From contig CAYMAZ010000011.1 in the NCBI GenBank assembly GCA_964388575.1, positions 1,141 through 65,140 on the forward strand: a stretch of DNA of 64,000 bases, read 5' to 3'. Made by a program: the position numbers and the translations under genes. The DNA is from an uncultured Bacteroidales bacterium (GTDB taxonomy: Bacteria > Bacteroidota > Bacteroidia > Bacteroidales > DTU049). The notes below the pieces were generated by a model. The model made no database searches. It saw only the letters and a program-made list of their open reading frames with translations, and was not told the DNA's origin. Positions 10,108 through 20,617 of this stretch are shown here, in pieces (positions within the stretch are counted from its first letter, which is position 1; each line of letters opens with the position of its first letter).

Positions 10108-10915
10108 TAAATAATATTGATTCAGCCGGCGATGGTGCTTTTCCGTGCCAGAGATGATTTCCCTCTATTGATGGCACACCCTTGCCCATTTTGGTACTGG
10201 CAATGATAACACTGGGGTTTTCTGTCAAAGTTTTACATCGGGCAAATAACTCAAGCATTTGACCGATATCATGTCCATCACAATCATAACACTCCCAGCC
10301 AAATGATTTCCATTTTTCTGATAGTGGTTCAAGCGCCATAACTTCTTCTGTTTCTCCGTCAATTTGTTTATAATTTCTGTCAACAACCGCAATCAGATTT
10401 CCAAGTTGATGAAATGAAGCAGCCATAGCAGCTTCCCACACACTTCCTTCCTGCAATTCTCCGTCTCCCAATATTGTATATATAAAAAAATTTTTCTTGT
10501 CCATTTTTGCTGCAAGAGCCATGCCAACAGATACCGAAAGGCCTTGTCCCAGACTTCCAGATGATATCTCAATTCCCGGAAGACCGTGATCCTTTGCGGG
10601 ATGACCCTGTAACCTTGACCCAAGTTTTCTTAGTGTCATTAATTCGGAAGTTTCAAAATATCCTGCATGAGCAAGTGAAGCATATAATACGGGAGCAACA
10701 TGACCAATTGATAATATCAGTCTGTCACGATACTCCCATTCAGGTTCATTTGGTTTATGGTTCAGAACATTGAAATACAAAACAGAAAAAATATCAGCCA
10801 GGCCGAGTGAGCCCCCCAGATGTCCTGAACCAGCCTCTGAAAGGGCAAGAATGACATTCTTCCGAATTTCAAACGCAATATGTTCAAGTTGTTCAACTGA
10901 TGAGATCTTACTCAT
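10073..10915 (-). CDS. Transketolase, N-terminal (TPP-binding) subunit
   Basis: SGHLGGSLGLADIF..., GHVAPVLYA, GSLGQGLSVSVGMA and ILGDGELQEGSVWEA are TPP-binding motifs. Confidence 0.9.
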   Translation of the reverse strand: MSKISSVEQLEHIAFEIRKNVILALSEAGSGHLGGSLGLADIFSVLYFNVLNHKPNEPEWEYRDRLILSIGHVAPVLYASLAHAGYFETSELMTLRKLGSRLQGHPAKDHGLPGIEISSGSLGQGLSVSVGMALAAKMDKKNFFIYTILGDGELQEGSVWEAAMAASFHQLGNLIAVVDRNYKQIDGETEEVMALEPLSEKWKSFGWECYDCDGHDIGQMLELFARCKTLTENPSVIIASTKMGKGVPSIEGNHLWHGKAPSPAESILFIEELEKNYNGN

Positions 10916-11177
10916 TACTACTTTTTAATTGATAAAATTACACATTTTTTTCTCACGACTAAAACTGCTTTCCTGACCAAAAGTTCTAAAGCAACACTCT
11001 GAAACTCAAAAATTGATATTTCAATAGTTATAACAGGCTTTGAAAATGCAATTCAAAATTGTCCAGCAAGTAAATTTTGTCCAATTTTTTAACGCTCTCC
11101 ATTAACTGTCATTCATGATTAAGATGAGTTGTACGGAGCTCCAAAAGAAAAAAATCACATTAATGGAGTATTTTTTT

Positions 11178-11185
11178 TAATTTTG
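11178..11185 (+). promoter_or_regulatory. Candidate -7 box TAATTTTG
   Basis: TAnnTTTG match 13 nt upstream of the ATG at 11198. Confidence 0.4.
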
Positions 11186-11197
11186 GCACTTCAATAA

Positions 11198-12238
11198 ATG
11201 ATCAATCATATGACACCACAAAAGAACCAGGATTCAGCATCTCAGCTTTTCAATTCGGTAACTATTCTGTATTTTTTATGGAGATGGAGAAAGTTATTAA
11301 TCATCATTACATTTTCAAGTGCAATAATTTCTGCTGCTGTTTCACTGATGATCACTCCGAAATTTCAATCCAAGGTCATCATGTTTCCCACATCAACAAA
11401 TTCAATTTCTAAGGCACTTATTGCAGATAATTATGGAGATAAGAAAGACATCATGGAACTTGGGGAGGAAGAGCAGGCTGAACAATTGCTTCAAGTTCTT
11501 CATTCTAGTCTGATCAGAGACAAAGTTGTTGAAAAGTTTGATTTATACACCCATTATAAAATTGACCCAAAGTCAAAATACAGACAAACAAAACTTATAC
11601 AACAATATAACAGCAATATTAAATTTACAAGAACAAAATACATGGCTGTTGAGATTTCTGTTATGGACAAAGATCCTCAAATGGCTGCTGATATTGCAAA
11701 CACAATTTCTTCATTGCTTGATTCAGTCATGAGTGACATGCAAAAGGAACGTTCAATAAAAGCTTTTCAGATTGTAGAACAAACTTATTCAAAACTGAAC
11801 AATGATATCAATAAAATGGAAGATTCGCTGGCCTGGCTCAGATCAAAAGGGGTATTTGATTATGAATCCCAATCAGAGCGTATTTTTGAAACTCTTTCGA
11901 AAGAAGTTGCAAGGGGAAATACTCCGGGGATAAAAGCATTACAGTCAGAACTGGATACTCTTGCAAAATATGGCGGAGCTTATGTTTCACTGCGTGATGC
12001 TCTTGAACATGAAAAAAAACAACTCGTGACAATCAAGTTGAAATATGAAGAGGCAAAAATTGATGCTGAAGAATTTATTCCGCATAAATTTATCGTTGAC
12101 AGAGCCTATAAGGCTGAAAAAAAATCATATCCTGTTCGATGGCTAATTGTAATTGTATCAACATTCTCTACGTTCTTTCTTGCACTTATTGGTATCATTA
12201 TTTTTGAGAATATTAAAAAATTCAGGAGTCTGGAATAA
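11198..12238 (+). CDS. Polysaccharide co-polymerase (Wzz / chain-length-determinant-like) protein, tentative
   Basis: One N-terminal and one C-terminal TM helix bracket a coiled-coil-rich ~270-aa domain. After TM1 comes ITPKFQSKVIMFP, typical of the Wzz N-terminal domain. Family call is from topology and context only. Confidence 0.55.
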   Translation: MINHMTPQKNQDSASQLFNSVTILYFLWRWRKLLIIITFSSAIISAAVSLMITPKFQSKVIMFPTSTNSISKALIADNYGDKKDIMELGEEEQAEQLLQVLHSSLIRDKVVEKFDLYTHYKIDPKSKYRQTKLIQQYNSNIKFTRTKYMAVEISVMDKDPQMAADIANTISSLLDSVMSDMQKERSIKAFQIVEQTYSKLNNDINKMEDSLAWLRSKGVFDYESQSERIFETLSKEVARGNTPGIKALQSELDTLAKYGGAYVSLRDALEHEKKQLVTIKLKYEEAKIDAEEFIPHKFIVDRAYKAEKKSYPVRWLIVIVSTFSTFFLALIGIIIFENIKKFRSLE

Positions 12239-12247
12239 TTCTTAAAT

Positions 12248-13180
12248 ATGGCTAAATCAGGAGAGAATTTTTTGAGTATCATATTCAGGTGGAAAAAAAC
12301 ACTGCTTATTGTTTTTATAATCAGTGTCTTAATTTCAATTGTATTTTCAGGAAACAAATTTATTAAGCCACTCTACAGGTCAACTGCTATCATCTACCCG
12401 ATCAATATGTTCAGCTATTCTGAGGAATCAGAAACAGAGCAAATGTTACAACTTTTAACTTCCAGGGACCTCTCCTTTGAAGTTATTGATTCTCTTGACT
12501 TATACTCTCATTACAACATTCAAAAAGGTGCTCTTTATACCAATGAAAAAGTTTTGAAGAAATTTGATAACCGCGTATCAATCAAACGAACACCCTATGA
12601 TGCTGTGAAAATTGATGTTTACGACAGGTCACCTGAAGTAGCCTATCAAATTGCTGATTTGATCATTCACACATTCAATAAATTCTCACTGGAACTGATG
12701 AGAAAAAAGGCCCGTGATGTGCTTGAAATTAAGGAAAAACTGTATACTGACAAATTAGTTGAGGTGGATTCACTGAAATTGATGGTTGATTCACTTATCA
12801 GAAATTCAGGACTTGCAGAATACAACATACTGAGGGAATCTATGCGCGGTAATTTCCAGTATTTGCATAAAAAGGGAAATCCAAATTATTCAGACAATGC
12901 ATTTTCCGAGAAGACTCTTGATCTGTTTTACTACCAACGCATCCTTGAAAATGAACTTTCTATCCTTATAAAATATAAAAATGATTATGAAATCGCATTA
13001 TCAGATGTCAGCAAGACCCTTATTTTCACAGATGTGATTTCTGCTCCGGCTGTTTCACATAAAAAAGCACATCCAACCAGAATTATAATAATTTTATCCA
13101 GTATTTTCACTATACTATTTCTAGCTCTGGCAATAATTTTATTTTTCGAAAGACCCGAATCTGACCCAACGAAATTATGA
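12248..13180 (+). CDS. Second Wzz-like polysaccharide co-polymerase paralog, tentative
   Basis: It has the same N- and C-terminal TM topology and the same internal motifs as the preceding gene (KPLYRSTAIIYP..; DLYSHY..; V.I.V.D..P..A..IA). It overlaps the next gene by 4 nt. Confidence 0.5.
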   Translation: MAKSGENFLSIIFRWKKTLLIVFIISVLISIVFSGNKFIKPLYRSTAIIYPINMFSYSEESETEQMLQLLTSRDLSFEVIDSLDLYSHYNIQKGALYTNEKVLKKFDNRVSIKRTPYDAVKIDVYDRSPEVAYQIADLIIHTFNKFSLELMRKKARDVLEIKEKLYTDKLVEVDSLKLMVDSLIRNSGLAEYNILRESMRGNFQYLHKKGNPNYSDNAFSEKTLDLFYYQRILENELSILIKYKNDYEIALSDVSKTLIFTDVISAPAVSHKKAHPTRIIIILSSIFTILFLALAIILFFERPESDPTKL

Positions 13181-14658
13181 AATTCAAAATCTTTAATTAT
13201 CCGTTGAGTGACAAAACAATACAGATCATTATCGTTGTATTGAGTTTTTTATTTCTAGCCATAAATATTACACTTATTGCAAATCGTGAGTTTTATTATT
13301 TTGCAATCATTCCTTTCTTACTCATTCTGGCATATTTTTATTTTACTTCACTTGATCTTGTATTTTTCTTTACTATTTTTCTTACACCGTTGTCTTTTAC
13401 GATTGTTGCTGAAGATTTTAATCTTGGAATCAGCCTTCCGGCAGAACCACTTCTCTTTGGGATTATGATCTTTTTTATTTTCAAATTACTTTATCAGAAA
13501 TTACTCACAAGAAGTATTCTGATACACCCTGTGAGTATGTTTATTTTCATTCAGGTGATCTGGATGTTTATCTCAACCTTAACAAGTCAGATTCCCTTTG
13601 TTTCATATAAATATTTGCTGATGCAACTATGGTTCATTATTCCCGTTTATTTTTTTGGTCAGCTCATTTTTTCAGATAAAAAGAAAATATATCAATTTTT
13701 TATTTTACTGGTCATCTCCATTTCCATCACAGTAATCTATACAACCGTACATCATGCGTTGAATGATTTCGGAGATAAGGCGGGGAATTGGGTAATGCAA
13801 CCATTTTTCAACGACCACACTGCTTATGGTGCTGTTCTGGCAATGATATTTCCTGTTATTTTTGGAATGGCCTTCCGTAGTACGCTTGGAAGATTCACGA
13901 GAATATATCTGTTTATTGCTTCAATGTTACTATTATTGGGAATATTTTTATCTTTCAGCAGAGCAACCTGGCTGAGCCTGATTCTTGCGCTCGCATTTTA
14001 TTTGGTTCTGGAATTTAAAATTAAATTCAGATGGATTTTCCTGTCTGTAATCTTCATTGCTGGTTTATTTTTCCTTAACTACAATAGCATCATGATGCGA
14101 CTTGAAAAAAACCGTCAGGATTCTTCAGCTCACTTCGTAGAACATGTTCAGTCCATTTCAAACATCAAAACTGACGCATCAAATCTGGAGCGAATCAACA
14201 GGTGGAAAGCTGCCATGCGCATGTTTGAAGAATATCCATTTTTCGGAACCGGACCAGGAACGTATCAGTTTCTGTATGCGCCCTATCAGAAGGCAAAAGA
14301 CCGAACCATTATAAGTACCAATGCCGGAAATATGGGCAATGCACACAGTGAATATATTACTCCACTGGTAGAAAGGGGGGTGTTTGGTCTTGTGTTTTTC
14401 CTTTGCATCATCATCTCTGTATACATTACTGGAATAAAGACTTACAAGCGAATCAAAGACAAGGAGTTGAAGATGATTATTGCAGTTATCTTAACGGGAA
14501 TGTTTTCCTATCTGATGCATGGTTTTATGAACAATTTCCTTGATACTGAAAAAGCCTCTGTAATATTTTGGGGATTCATTGCAATCATCGTCAAATTATC
14601 AATTGACTCAAAAAAGGAAGAATCAATTCATGAAAATAATCAGGCTCTGCCTGATTGA
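13177..14658 (+). CDS. O-antigen ligase / Wzy_C-family polytopic membrane protein
   Basis: About 10 or more TM helices. FSRATWLSLILALAF and the periplasmic loop with HSEYITPLVERGVFGL resemble the O-antigen ligase (Wzy_C) domain. Confidence 0.75.
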   Translation: MKFKIFNYPLSDKTIQIIIVVLSFLFLAINITLIANREFYYFAIIPFLLILAYFYFTSLDLVFFFTIFLTPLSFTIVAEDFNLGISLPAEPLLFGIMIFFIFKLLYQKLLTRSILIHPVSMFIFIQVIWMFISTLTSQIPFVSYKYLLMQLWFIIPVYFFGQLIFSDKKKIYQFFILLVISISITVIYTTVHHALNDFGDKAGNWVMQPFFNDHTAYGAVLAMIFPVIFGMAFRSTLGRFTRIYLFIASMLLLLGIFLSFSRATWLSLILALAFYLVLEFKIKFRWIFLSVIFIAGLFFLNYNSIMMRLEKNRQDSSAHFVEHVQSISNIKTDASNLERINRWKAAMRMFEEYPFFGTGPGTYQFLYAPYQKAKDRTIISTNAGNMGNAHSEYITPLVERGVFGLVFFLCIIISVYITGIKTYKRIKDKELKMIIAVILTGMFSYLMHGFMNNFLDTEKASVIFWGFIAIIVKLSIDSKKEESIHENNQALPD

Positions 14659-14666
14659 AATTGATA

Positions 14667-15617
14667 TTAAAGCTTACTGAGTTTTTCAAGTTTATCCACC
14701 AACTCCGGCAGACGTTTCATTAAAGCAATTTCTTTCATTTTATCAACTGCTTCACGCACCGGGCTTCCAAAATAAGTTTTACCACCTTCTATTGATTTGG
14801 CAACACCACTCTGACCCAATACAACGGCACCCTTGCCGATAGTCAGATCCTTCTGCACGCCAACCTGGCCCCAAAGGATCACATCATCCTCGAGATTGAC
14901 AACACCTGCAATCCCAACCTGTGAGGAAATCAGACAATTTTTTCCGATAACTGTATCATGTCCAACCTGAATATGATTATCCAGTTTTGATCCCCATCCA
15001 ATGATTGTGTCACTGCTAACACCCCGGTCAATCGTACAACATGAACCGATTTCAACATAATCTTCAATAACTACACGTCCACATCCTTCAAGTTTATCAT
15101 AACGGTCAGGACGACGCTTAAAATAAAACGCCTCACCACCGATTACTGAATTGGAATTTATGATTACATTATCTCCGATGACTGAATAATCATTGATACT
15201 TACATGTGAATGAATGATACAGTTTTTGCCGATCTTCACGTGATTGCCGACAAAGACAAAAGGTTGAATAACTGTTCCTTCTCCAATTTCAGCTGTTGCA
15301 GCGATCTCAGCAGTTGCAGGAATGAACGGACTGAAATGTTTCACAAGTTTAACATAGTCACGAAAGGGATCGTCTGAAAATATCAATGCTTTGCCTGCAG
15401 GGCATTCCACATCACGCTGATTAATAATGATTGTTGTTGCTCTGGATTCAAGGGCAGTCTTATAATATTTGTAATGATCAACAAATGTGATATCTCCGGG
15501 TTCAACGCGGTGAATTTCATTGATTCCTGAAATAATATGATTTTCTGCTCCGATAAAATCATCTATGCCTATAATAGCTGCTATTTCTTTTAAAGTATGC
15601 TCCTTTTTCAATCGCAT
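14667..15617 (-). CDS. lpxD: UDP-3-O-acylglucosamine N-acyltransferase
   Basis: An LpxD-type N-terminal domain is followed by a long left-handed beta-helix of hexapeptide repeats and a C-terminal helix. Confidence 0.85.
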   Translation of the reverse strand: MRLKKEHTLKEIAAIIGIDDFIGAENHIISGINEIHRVEPGDITFVDHYKYYKTALESRATTIIINQRDVECPAGKALIFSDDPFRDYVKLVKHFSPFIPATAEIAATAEIGEGTVIQPFVFVGNHVKIGKNCIIHSHVSINDYSVIGDNVIINSNSVIGGEAFYFKRRPDRYDKLEGCGRVVIEDYVEIGSCCTIDRGVSSDTIIGWGSKLDNHIQVGHDTVIGKNCLISSQVGIAGVVNLEDDVILWGQVGVQKDLTIGKGAVVLGQSGVAKSIEGGKTYFGSPVREAVDKMKEIALMKRLPELVDKLEKLSKL

Positions 15618-15629
15618 GTGGAAATGTTA

Positions 15630-16196
15630 TTAGTCCTTAACTCGTTCTGAATAATCACCGGTTCGTGTATCAACTCTGATTTTCTCACCTTCTGAGACAA
15701 ACAGGGGGATATTGACTTGTGCACCTGTTTCTACTGTTGCAGGTTTCAATGTGTTCGTTGCAGTATCACCCTTAACACCCGGTTCTGTATAGGTGATAAG
15801 TAAATCAACAAAAGGAGGTAATTCACAATTTAAGGGTGATTCTGTGTCAGCATGAAACACAATTTCTACTTCCTGAGCCTCCTTCAAAAATTGCGGTGCA
15901 TTAATAATTTCTTCAGGAATACTAACTTGCTCAAATGTATTAACATGCATAAAATGATACCCGGATTCATCTTTATATAAATACTGATATGGTCTGCGCT
16001 CTACTCTCTGAATGTTTATCTTGGACCCGGATGGAAATGTATTGCTCAGCACTTTTCCGGTCCGGAGATTCTTCATTTTCGTTCTGACAAAAGCGGCACC
16101 CTTCCCAGGTTTAACATGCTGGAATTCAGTAATAACATATAGATCTCCGTTAAACTCTAAACACAAACCATTTCTTATCTCTGCAGTTGTTGCCAT
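15630..16196 (-). CDS. efp: Elongation factor P
   Basis: [42 protein letters not shown] is the EF-P signature. Confidence 0.96.
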   Translation of the reverse strand: MATTAEIRNGLCLEFNGDLYVITEFQHVKPGKGAAFVRTKMKNLRTGKVLSNTFPSGSKINIQRVERRPYQYLYKDESGYHFMHVNTFEQVSIPEEIINAPQFLKEAQEVEIVFHADTESPLNCELPPFVDLLITYTEPGVKGDTATNTLKPATVETGAQVNIPLFVSEGEKIRVDTRTGDYSERVKD

Positions 16197-16273
16197 TTCT
16201 CAAAATTTTGCGTGCAAAGTTACATAAAAAATGTATACTCTTTGTATTATTATTTTTTTTACAATTTATCCTA

Positions 16274-18457
16274 TTATCTGCCCTGCAAATGGTTAAACAA
16301 AAATTCCGTCATTCGGGTATATAAATGCAATCGTGTATATCCACCATAGATTCCATGATTTTTATTGGGATAAATATACATGTCAAACTGTTTGTTCGCA
16401 TTGACCAGTGCATTTACAAACTCATGTGTATTCTGCACATGAACATTGTCATCAGCATCACCATGAACAATTAAAAATGGACCTTTAAGTTTCTTTGTAT
16501 AAAATACAGGAGAATTTTTGTCGTACCCATCTGGATTCTCTTCAGGAGTACGCATAAACCGTTCTGTATATATATTATCATAATATCTCCAATTCGTTAC
16601 AGGAGCAACAGCAATTCCTGCCTTAAAAACATCAGATCCTTTTGTCATACAAAGAGATGACATATAACCACCGTAACTCCATCCAAAGATTCCGATATTA
16701 TTTTTGTCTACATAGGGCAATGTGCCGAGATATTTTGCCGCTTCTACCTGGTCTTCGGTTTCTAGTTTTCCCAGCTGCATATAGGTGCATTTCTTAAACT
16801 CTTCACCCCTGGCTCCAGTACCTCTGTTGTCTACTGAAACGACAATGAATCCGTTCTGCACAAGCATCTGATGCCAGATAAAATCGTACCAACCCCAATT
16901 ATTATTCACAGTTTGTGAGCCGGGACCACCATACACATGCATCAGTACAGGATATTTCCTGTCCTTTTCCAATTGTTCCGGCTTCATGATCCATCCGTGC
17001 AACTCAATATCTTGTAAAGTTGTAAAAGTAAAAAACGTTTTTTTTACAAATTGATATTTTTCAGTTGCTTCAATAAGATCTTTGTTGTTTTCAAGTTCGA
17101 CCAGCATTTTGGGTCTTGTGTTATAAATCGCATATTGTGGGGGGGTGTTTGCATCTTCAAATGTTAAAATAAAGTAACTTGAATTATTACTGAAACTTGC
17201 ATTATAAGTTCCCTGTTTTTCAAAGAGTTTTTTTCTGGAAGAACCATCAAAACCAACACTGTAAAGCATTGCATTCACAGGTCCGTCTTCTGATGATGTA
17301 TAATACACAAGCCTATTGGTTTCATCAATATGTACAAGAGACAGAACATCAAACTGTCCGCTTGTAATTTGTTTCAATTCATTTCCGTTGATATCAGATA
17401 GATAAATATGATTAAATCCATCCTTTTCTGAAGTAAAAATAAACTCTTTGCCATTTTTCAGAAAAGTAAGATTGTCTGTAATATCAATATAATAGTTGTT
17501 TGTTTCGGTATATATTACACGTGAACTGCCTGTTGCGGGTTCGGCATAGAGAATCTCCAGTTTGTTTTGCAAACGGTTTAATCTCTGAATCCACATCACA
17601 TCTGAATTTGCTGTCCATCCCATTCTTGGAATATATTGATCGGGTTCAGGGCCAACATCAATCTTTACATGACGGTCAAGATCCTGATGATATACCCAAA
17701 GTTCCACCAGAGAATTGTCTTCTCCCGCTTTTGGATATTTAAAAGTATACAGCTCAGGATATTCTTCTCCAAGGTAATTCATAAGTGTAAATTCTTTCAC
17801 ATCGGATTCATCGAACTTATAATAGGCAATTTTTTTACCATCGGGAGACCACTGATACCCTTTTGAGAACCCAAACTCTTCCTCATATACCCAATCAGGG
17901 GCTCCGTTAATGATCCTGTTAAACTCTCCGTCGGAAGTTATTTGCCTTTCATCCCATGTAGACAAGTCAGTTATAAATAAATTGTTATCCCTTACAAAAG
18001 CAACATGTTTGCCATTCGGAGAAATTTCGGCAAGCATCTGTTTTCCATTTTCTGACACGGGCTTCAGCTGTTTGGTTTTAAGATTATAGATGTAATAATC
18101 GGCAACAAATGAATGTCTGTAAATCATATCAATTCCTGAAGTAATCAGAACAAGGCTCTCATCTAATGAAAACTGATAATCATCAATATCAACAGGATAA
18201 TTTTCATTCTTCAGCATAAACTCACTACCACTCAGTACTACGCCTGTTTCTTTTCCGTTTTTGTAATTGAACCGGACAATCCTATTGCCTTTAAGTATGG
18301 TATAGGACTCTCCGTCATTCATACTTCTGATTTCATCTATTCTGTTGGGCAGAAATGTTCTGGATGCCCATATATCATTGAGTGTCAGCTTTGTTGTCTG
18401 TGCATGAACACCAACAAAGAAAAATAAAAGGAATGTAACAACTGAAATTCTTCTCAT
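16274..18457 (-). CDS. Dipeptidyl peptidase IV (S9B family serine peptidase)
   Basis: A DPPIV N-terminal propeller region is followed by a catalytic alpha/beta hydrolase domain with GWSYGGYM (nucleophile Ser), GDADDNVH and NHGI. Signal peptide present. Confidence 0.9.
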   Translation of the reverse strand: MRRISVVTFLLFFFVGVHAQTTKLTLNDIWASRTFLPNRIDEIRSMNDGESYTILKGNRIVRFNYKNGKETGVVLSGSEFMLKNENYPVDIDDYQFSLDESLVLITSGIDMIYRHSFVADYYIYNLKTKQLKPVSENGKQMLAEISPNGKHVAFVRDNNLFITDLSTWDERQITSDGEFNRIINGAPDWVYEEEFGFSKGYQWSPDGKKIAYYKFDESDVKEFTLMNYLGEEYPELYTFKYPKAGEDNSLVELWVYHQDLDRHVKIDVGPEPDQYIPRMGWTANSDVMWIQRLNRLQNKLEILYAEPATGSSRVIYTETNNYYIDITDNLTFLKNGKEFIFTSEKDGFNHIYLSDINGNELKQITSGQFDVLSLVHIDETNRLVYYTSSEDGPVNAMLYSVGFDGSSRKKLFEKQGTYNASFSNNSSYFILTFEDANTPPQYAIYNTRPKMLVELENNKDLIEATEKYQFVKKTFFTFTTLQDIELHGWIMKPEQLEKDRKYPVLMHVYGGPGSQTVNNNWGWYDFIWHQMLVQNGFIVVSVDNRGTGARGEEFKKCTYMQLGKLETEDQVEAAKYLGTLPYVDKNNIGIFGWSYGGYMSSLCMTKGSDVFKAGIAVAPVTNWRYYDNIYTERFMRTPEENPDGYDKNSPVFYTKKLKGPFLIVHGDADDNVHVQNTHEFVNALVNANKQFDMYIYPNKNHGIYGGYTRLHLYTRMTEFLFNHLQGR

Positions 18458-18492
18458 TATAGTTTGTTTTTAAATGTGTATTAATCTTATTT

Positions 18493-18523
18493 AAAAAAAA
18501 CGGTTACTCAAGAGAGCAACCGT
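18493..18523 (-). terminator. Rho-independent terminator downstream of floA
   Basis: On the minus strand, ACGGTT..loop..AACCGT is followed by a T8 run (plus-strand A-run at 18493-18500). Confidence 0.6.
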
Positions 18524-18544
18524 CTGAATTGATATTATCAAAAA

Positions 18545-19597
18545 TTACTTGATTTCTGAATCAGGTTTTTTTGGTTTTGCAATGGTATCTCGCATTTGAG
18601 TATCTGCCTGAATGTTCTGCATTTTATAATAATCCATAATCCCAAGATTACCAGCTCTGAATGCTTCTGCCATTGCTTTAGGCACCTCTGCTTCTGCTTC
18701 AATAACTTTTGCACGGGCTTCCTGTGCTTTAGCCTTCATTTCCTGTTCTAGAGCAACGGCCATTGCACGACGTTCTTCAGCTTTTGCCTGTGCAATTTTC
18801 TTGTCCGCTTCTGCCTGATCCATCTGAAGTTCTGCTCCGATATTCTTTCCAATATCAATATCAGCTATATCAATTGAAAGAATTTCGAATGCCGTTCCTG
18901 AATCAAGTCCTCTGGAAAGTACAAGCTTTGAAATTTTATCTGGATTTTCAAGAACTTCCTTATGTGAGATCGCAGAACCAATGGCTGTAACAATTCCTTC
19001 ACCTACACGAGCAAGGACAGTTTCTTCTCCTGCACCGCCCACAAGTTGTTTAATGTTTGCACGAACCGTAACACGGGCTTTACAAATCAACTGAATACCA
19101 TCCTTAGCAACTGCTGTAACAGGTGGTGTATCAATTACCTTTGGATTTACACTCATCTGAACTGCTTCCAGCACTTCACGGCCGGCAAGATCAATTGCTG
19201 TTGCTGCTTTAAAATCCAGTGAAATATTGGCTTTATCAGCTGAAATCAATGCATTGACAACTCGCTGTACACGACCTCCAGCAAGATAATGCGCCTCAAG
19301 CTCATTACGTCCAAGTTTTAAACCTGCTTTTGATGAAGTGATCATAGCGTTCACTATTACTTTGGGTGGAACTTTACGCCAGCGCATGAAGATTAACTGT
19401 ACCAGTGATATTCTCACTCCGGAAAGCATAGCTGTAAACCATAGTCCGACCGGAACAAAGTAAAAGATGATCCATAATCCAAACAACGCAGCTAATGCAA
19501 TTCCAAAATAAATTCCCACAGATACTCCGGAATTAAGGATGATTAAATAATTGTCAATGACTGTTTCCATAATTTTTATATTTTTTTTAAATAACAT
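18545..19597 (-). CDS. floA: Flotillin-like protein FloA (UPF0365/YqfA family)
   Basis: N-terminal TM hairpin, then ..[24 protein letters not shown]...[26 protein letters not shown].. and an Ala/Glu-rich C-terminus, as in Bacillus FloA. Confidence 0.85.
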   Translation of the reverse strand: MLFKKNIKIMETVIDNYLIILNSGVSVGIYFGIALAALFGLWIIFYFVPVGLWFTAMLSGVRISLVQLIFMRWRKVPPKVIVNAMITSSKAGLKLGRNELEAHYLAGGRVQRVVNALISADKANISLDFKAATAIDLAGREVLEAVQMSVNPKVIDTPPVTAVAKDGIQLICKARVTVRANIKQLVGGAGEETVLARVGEGIVTAIGSAISHKEVLENPDKISKLVLSRGLDSGTAFEILSIDIADIDIGKNIGAELQMDQAEADKKIAQAKAEERRAMAVALEQEMKAKAQEARAKVIEAEAEVPKAMAEAFRAGNLGIMDYYKMQNIQADTQMRDTIAKPKKPDSEIK

Positions 19598-19655
19598 GGC
19601 GAAGTTACAATATTTTTTGATTTTTCAGTGTTTATTTGGAAAAATTTCATCTCTC

Positions 19656-20039
19656 ATGAAACAGATTTTCTCCATTTTCATGATTTCTCTGCTGATCTTT
19701 TCATGTAAACGTGAACCTGAAGTACATACAACAAACAACAACATACCGAAAAAACAACATTTCTGTTATGATATTCTCTCAGCTGTTGCTCAGAAACCAG
19801 TTCATTCATCATTATATTCATATTCATTTTACAGGAACAGTTCTGTCATTTACTCCGCAAAATATATTATCAGCGGTGCACATACAACAGAAACTGAAAA
19901 TTTTATGATAACCCGTTACGGAATGGAGCCGCTTTTTTTTGTGTGTTGCGGATGGGAAACCAAAAACAAACCCGGTTATATTCGCTCTGCAAATTATGAA
20001 AGTGATTTCAGCATCATCGAGTTAGATATGCTTTCTTAG
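19656..20039 (+). CDS. Hypothetical lipoprotein
   Basis: The internal ATG at 19656 gives MKQIFSIFMISLLIFSCKRE (lipobox LIFSC). The longer track ORF from 19551 would overlap the floA start. No recognisable family. Confidence 0.45.
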   Translation: MKQIFSIFMISLLIFSCKREPEVHTTNNNIPKKQHFCYDILSAVAQKPVHSSLYSYSFYRNSSVIYSAKYIISGAHTTETENFMITRYGMEPLFFVCCGWETKNKPGYIRSANYESDFSIIELDMLS

Positions 20040-20125
20040 AAACACTGAAAACAGACAGATTACAATGGAATGAAACTGACACGTTTTGCATCAATGTCAG
20101 ATTACTTAGAATATAAATGAACTGA

Positions 20126-20587
20126 TTATTCTGATTTTTTCACAAGAATCCTGCTTCCCTCAACCTTAAGGACTTCAATCCCCTGATTTGCATCAACATA
20201 CTCGCCATTTGTTGAAACTTCGTAATATTCGTTATTGATGATTGCCTTTCCCATTGGTGCAAGTCTGGAAACTGACTTACCTTTGTCTCCGGGATTCAGC
20301 TCTTTCTCAATTGTATTCATTTTGCTGTCAATCACATCACCAAGTGCAACTTTTTTCCATGTTCCTGATTTAAAAAAGACGATCATTCCGATGACAAAAA
20401 CAGCAATTGTAGACAATAACGTGATGTGTCCGGCAAATGCTCCATAACTTGCATAAGACTGATACACCCCAAAAACGACAACCAATCCACCGATGATGCC
20501 TACAACCAAACCGGGAAGAACAAATATTTCAAGCATGACCATTAACAGGCCAAACACAATGAGTGGGATAATTACTGACCAGGACAT
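20126..20587 (-). CDS. NfeD-family membrane protein
   Basis: Three N-terminal TM helices plus a C-terminal OB-fold-like soluble domain (..GKAIINNEYYEVSTNGEYVDANQGIEVLKVEGSRILVKK). NfeD is the usual flotillin partner. Confidence 0.8.
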   Translation of the reverse strand: MSWSVIIPLIVFGLLMVMLEIFVLPGLVVGIIGGLVVVFGVYQSYASYGAFAGHITLLSTIAVFVIGMIVFFKSGTWKKVALGDVIDSKMNTIEKELNPGDKGKSVSRLAPMGKAIINNEYYEVSTNGEYVDANQGIEVLKVEGSRILVKKSE

Positions 20588-20617
20588 ATATTTAATGAGT
20601 TTTTGTGAGTATTCATA

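Noticed and set aside
19551-19655. 5' extension of the lipoprotein ORF given in the track (start 19551)
   Set aside because: The extension overlaps the floA start on the other strand and precedes a much better signal-peptide/lipobox start at 19656.
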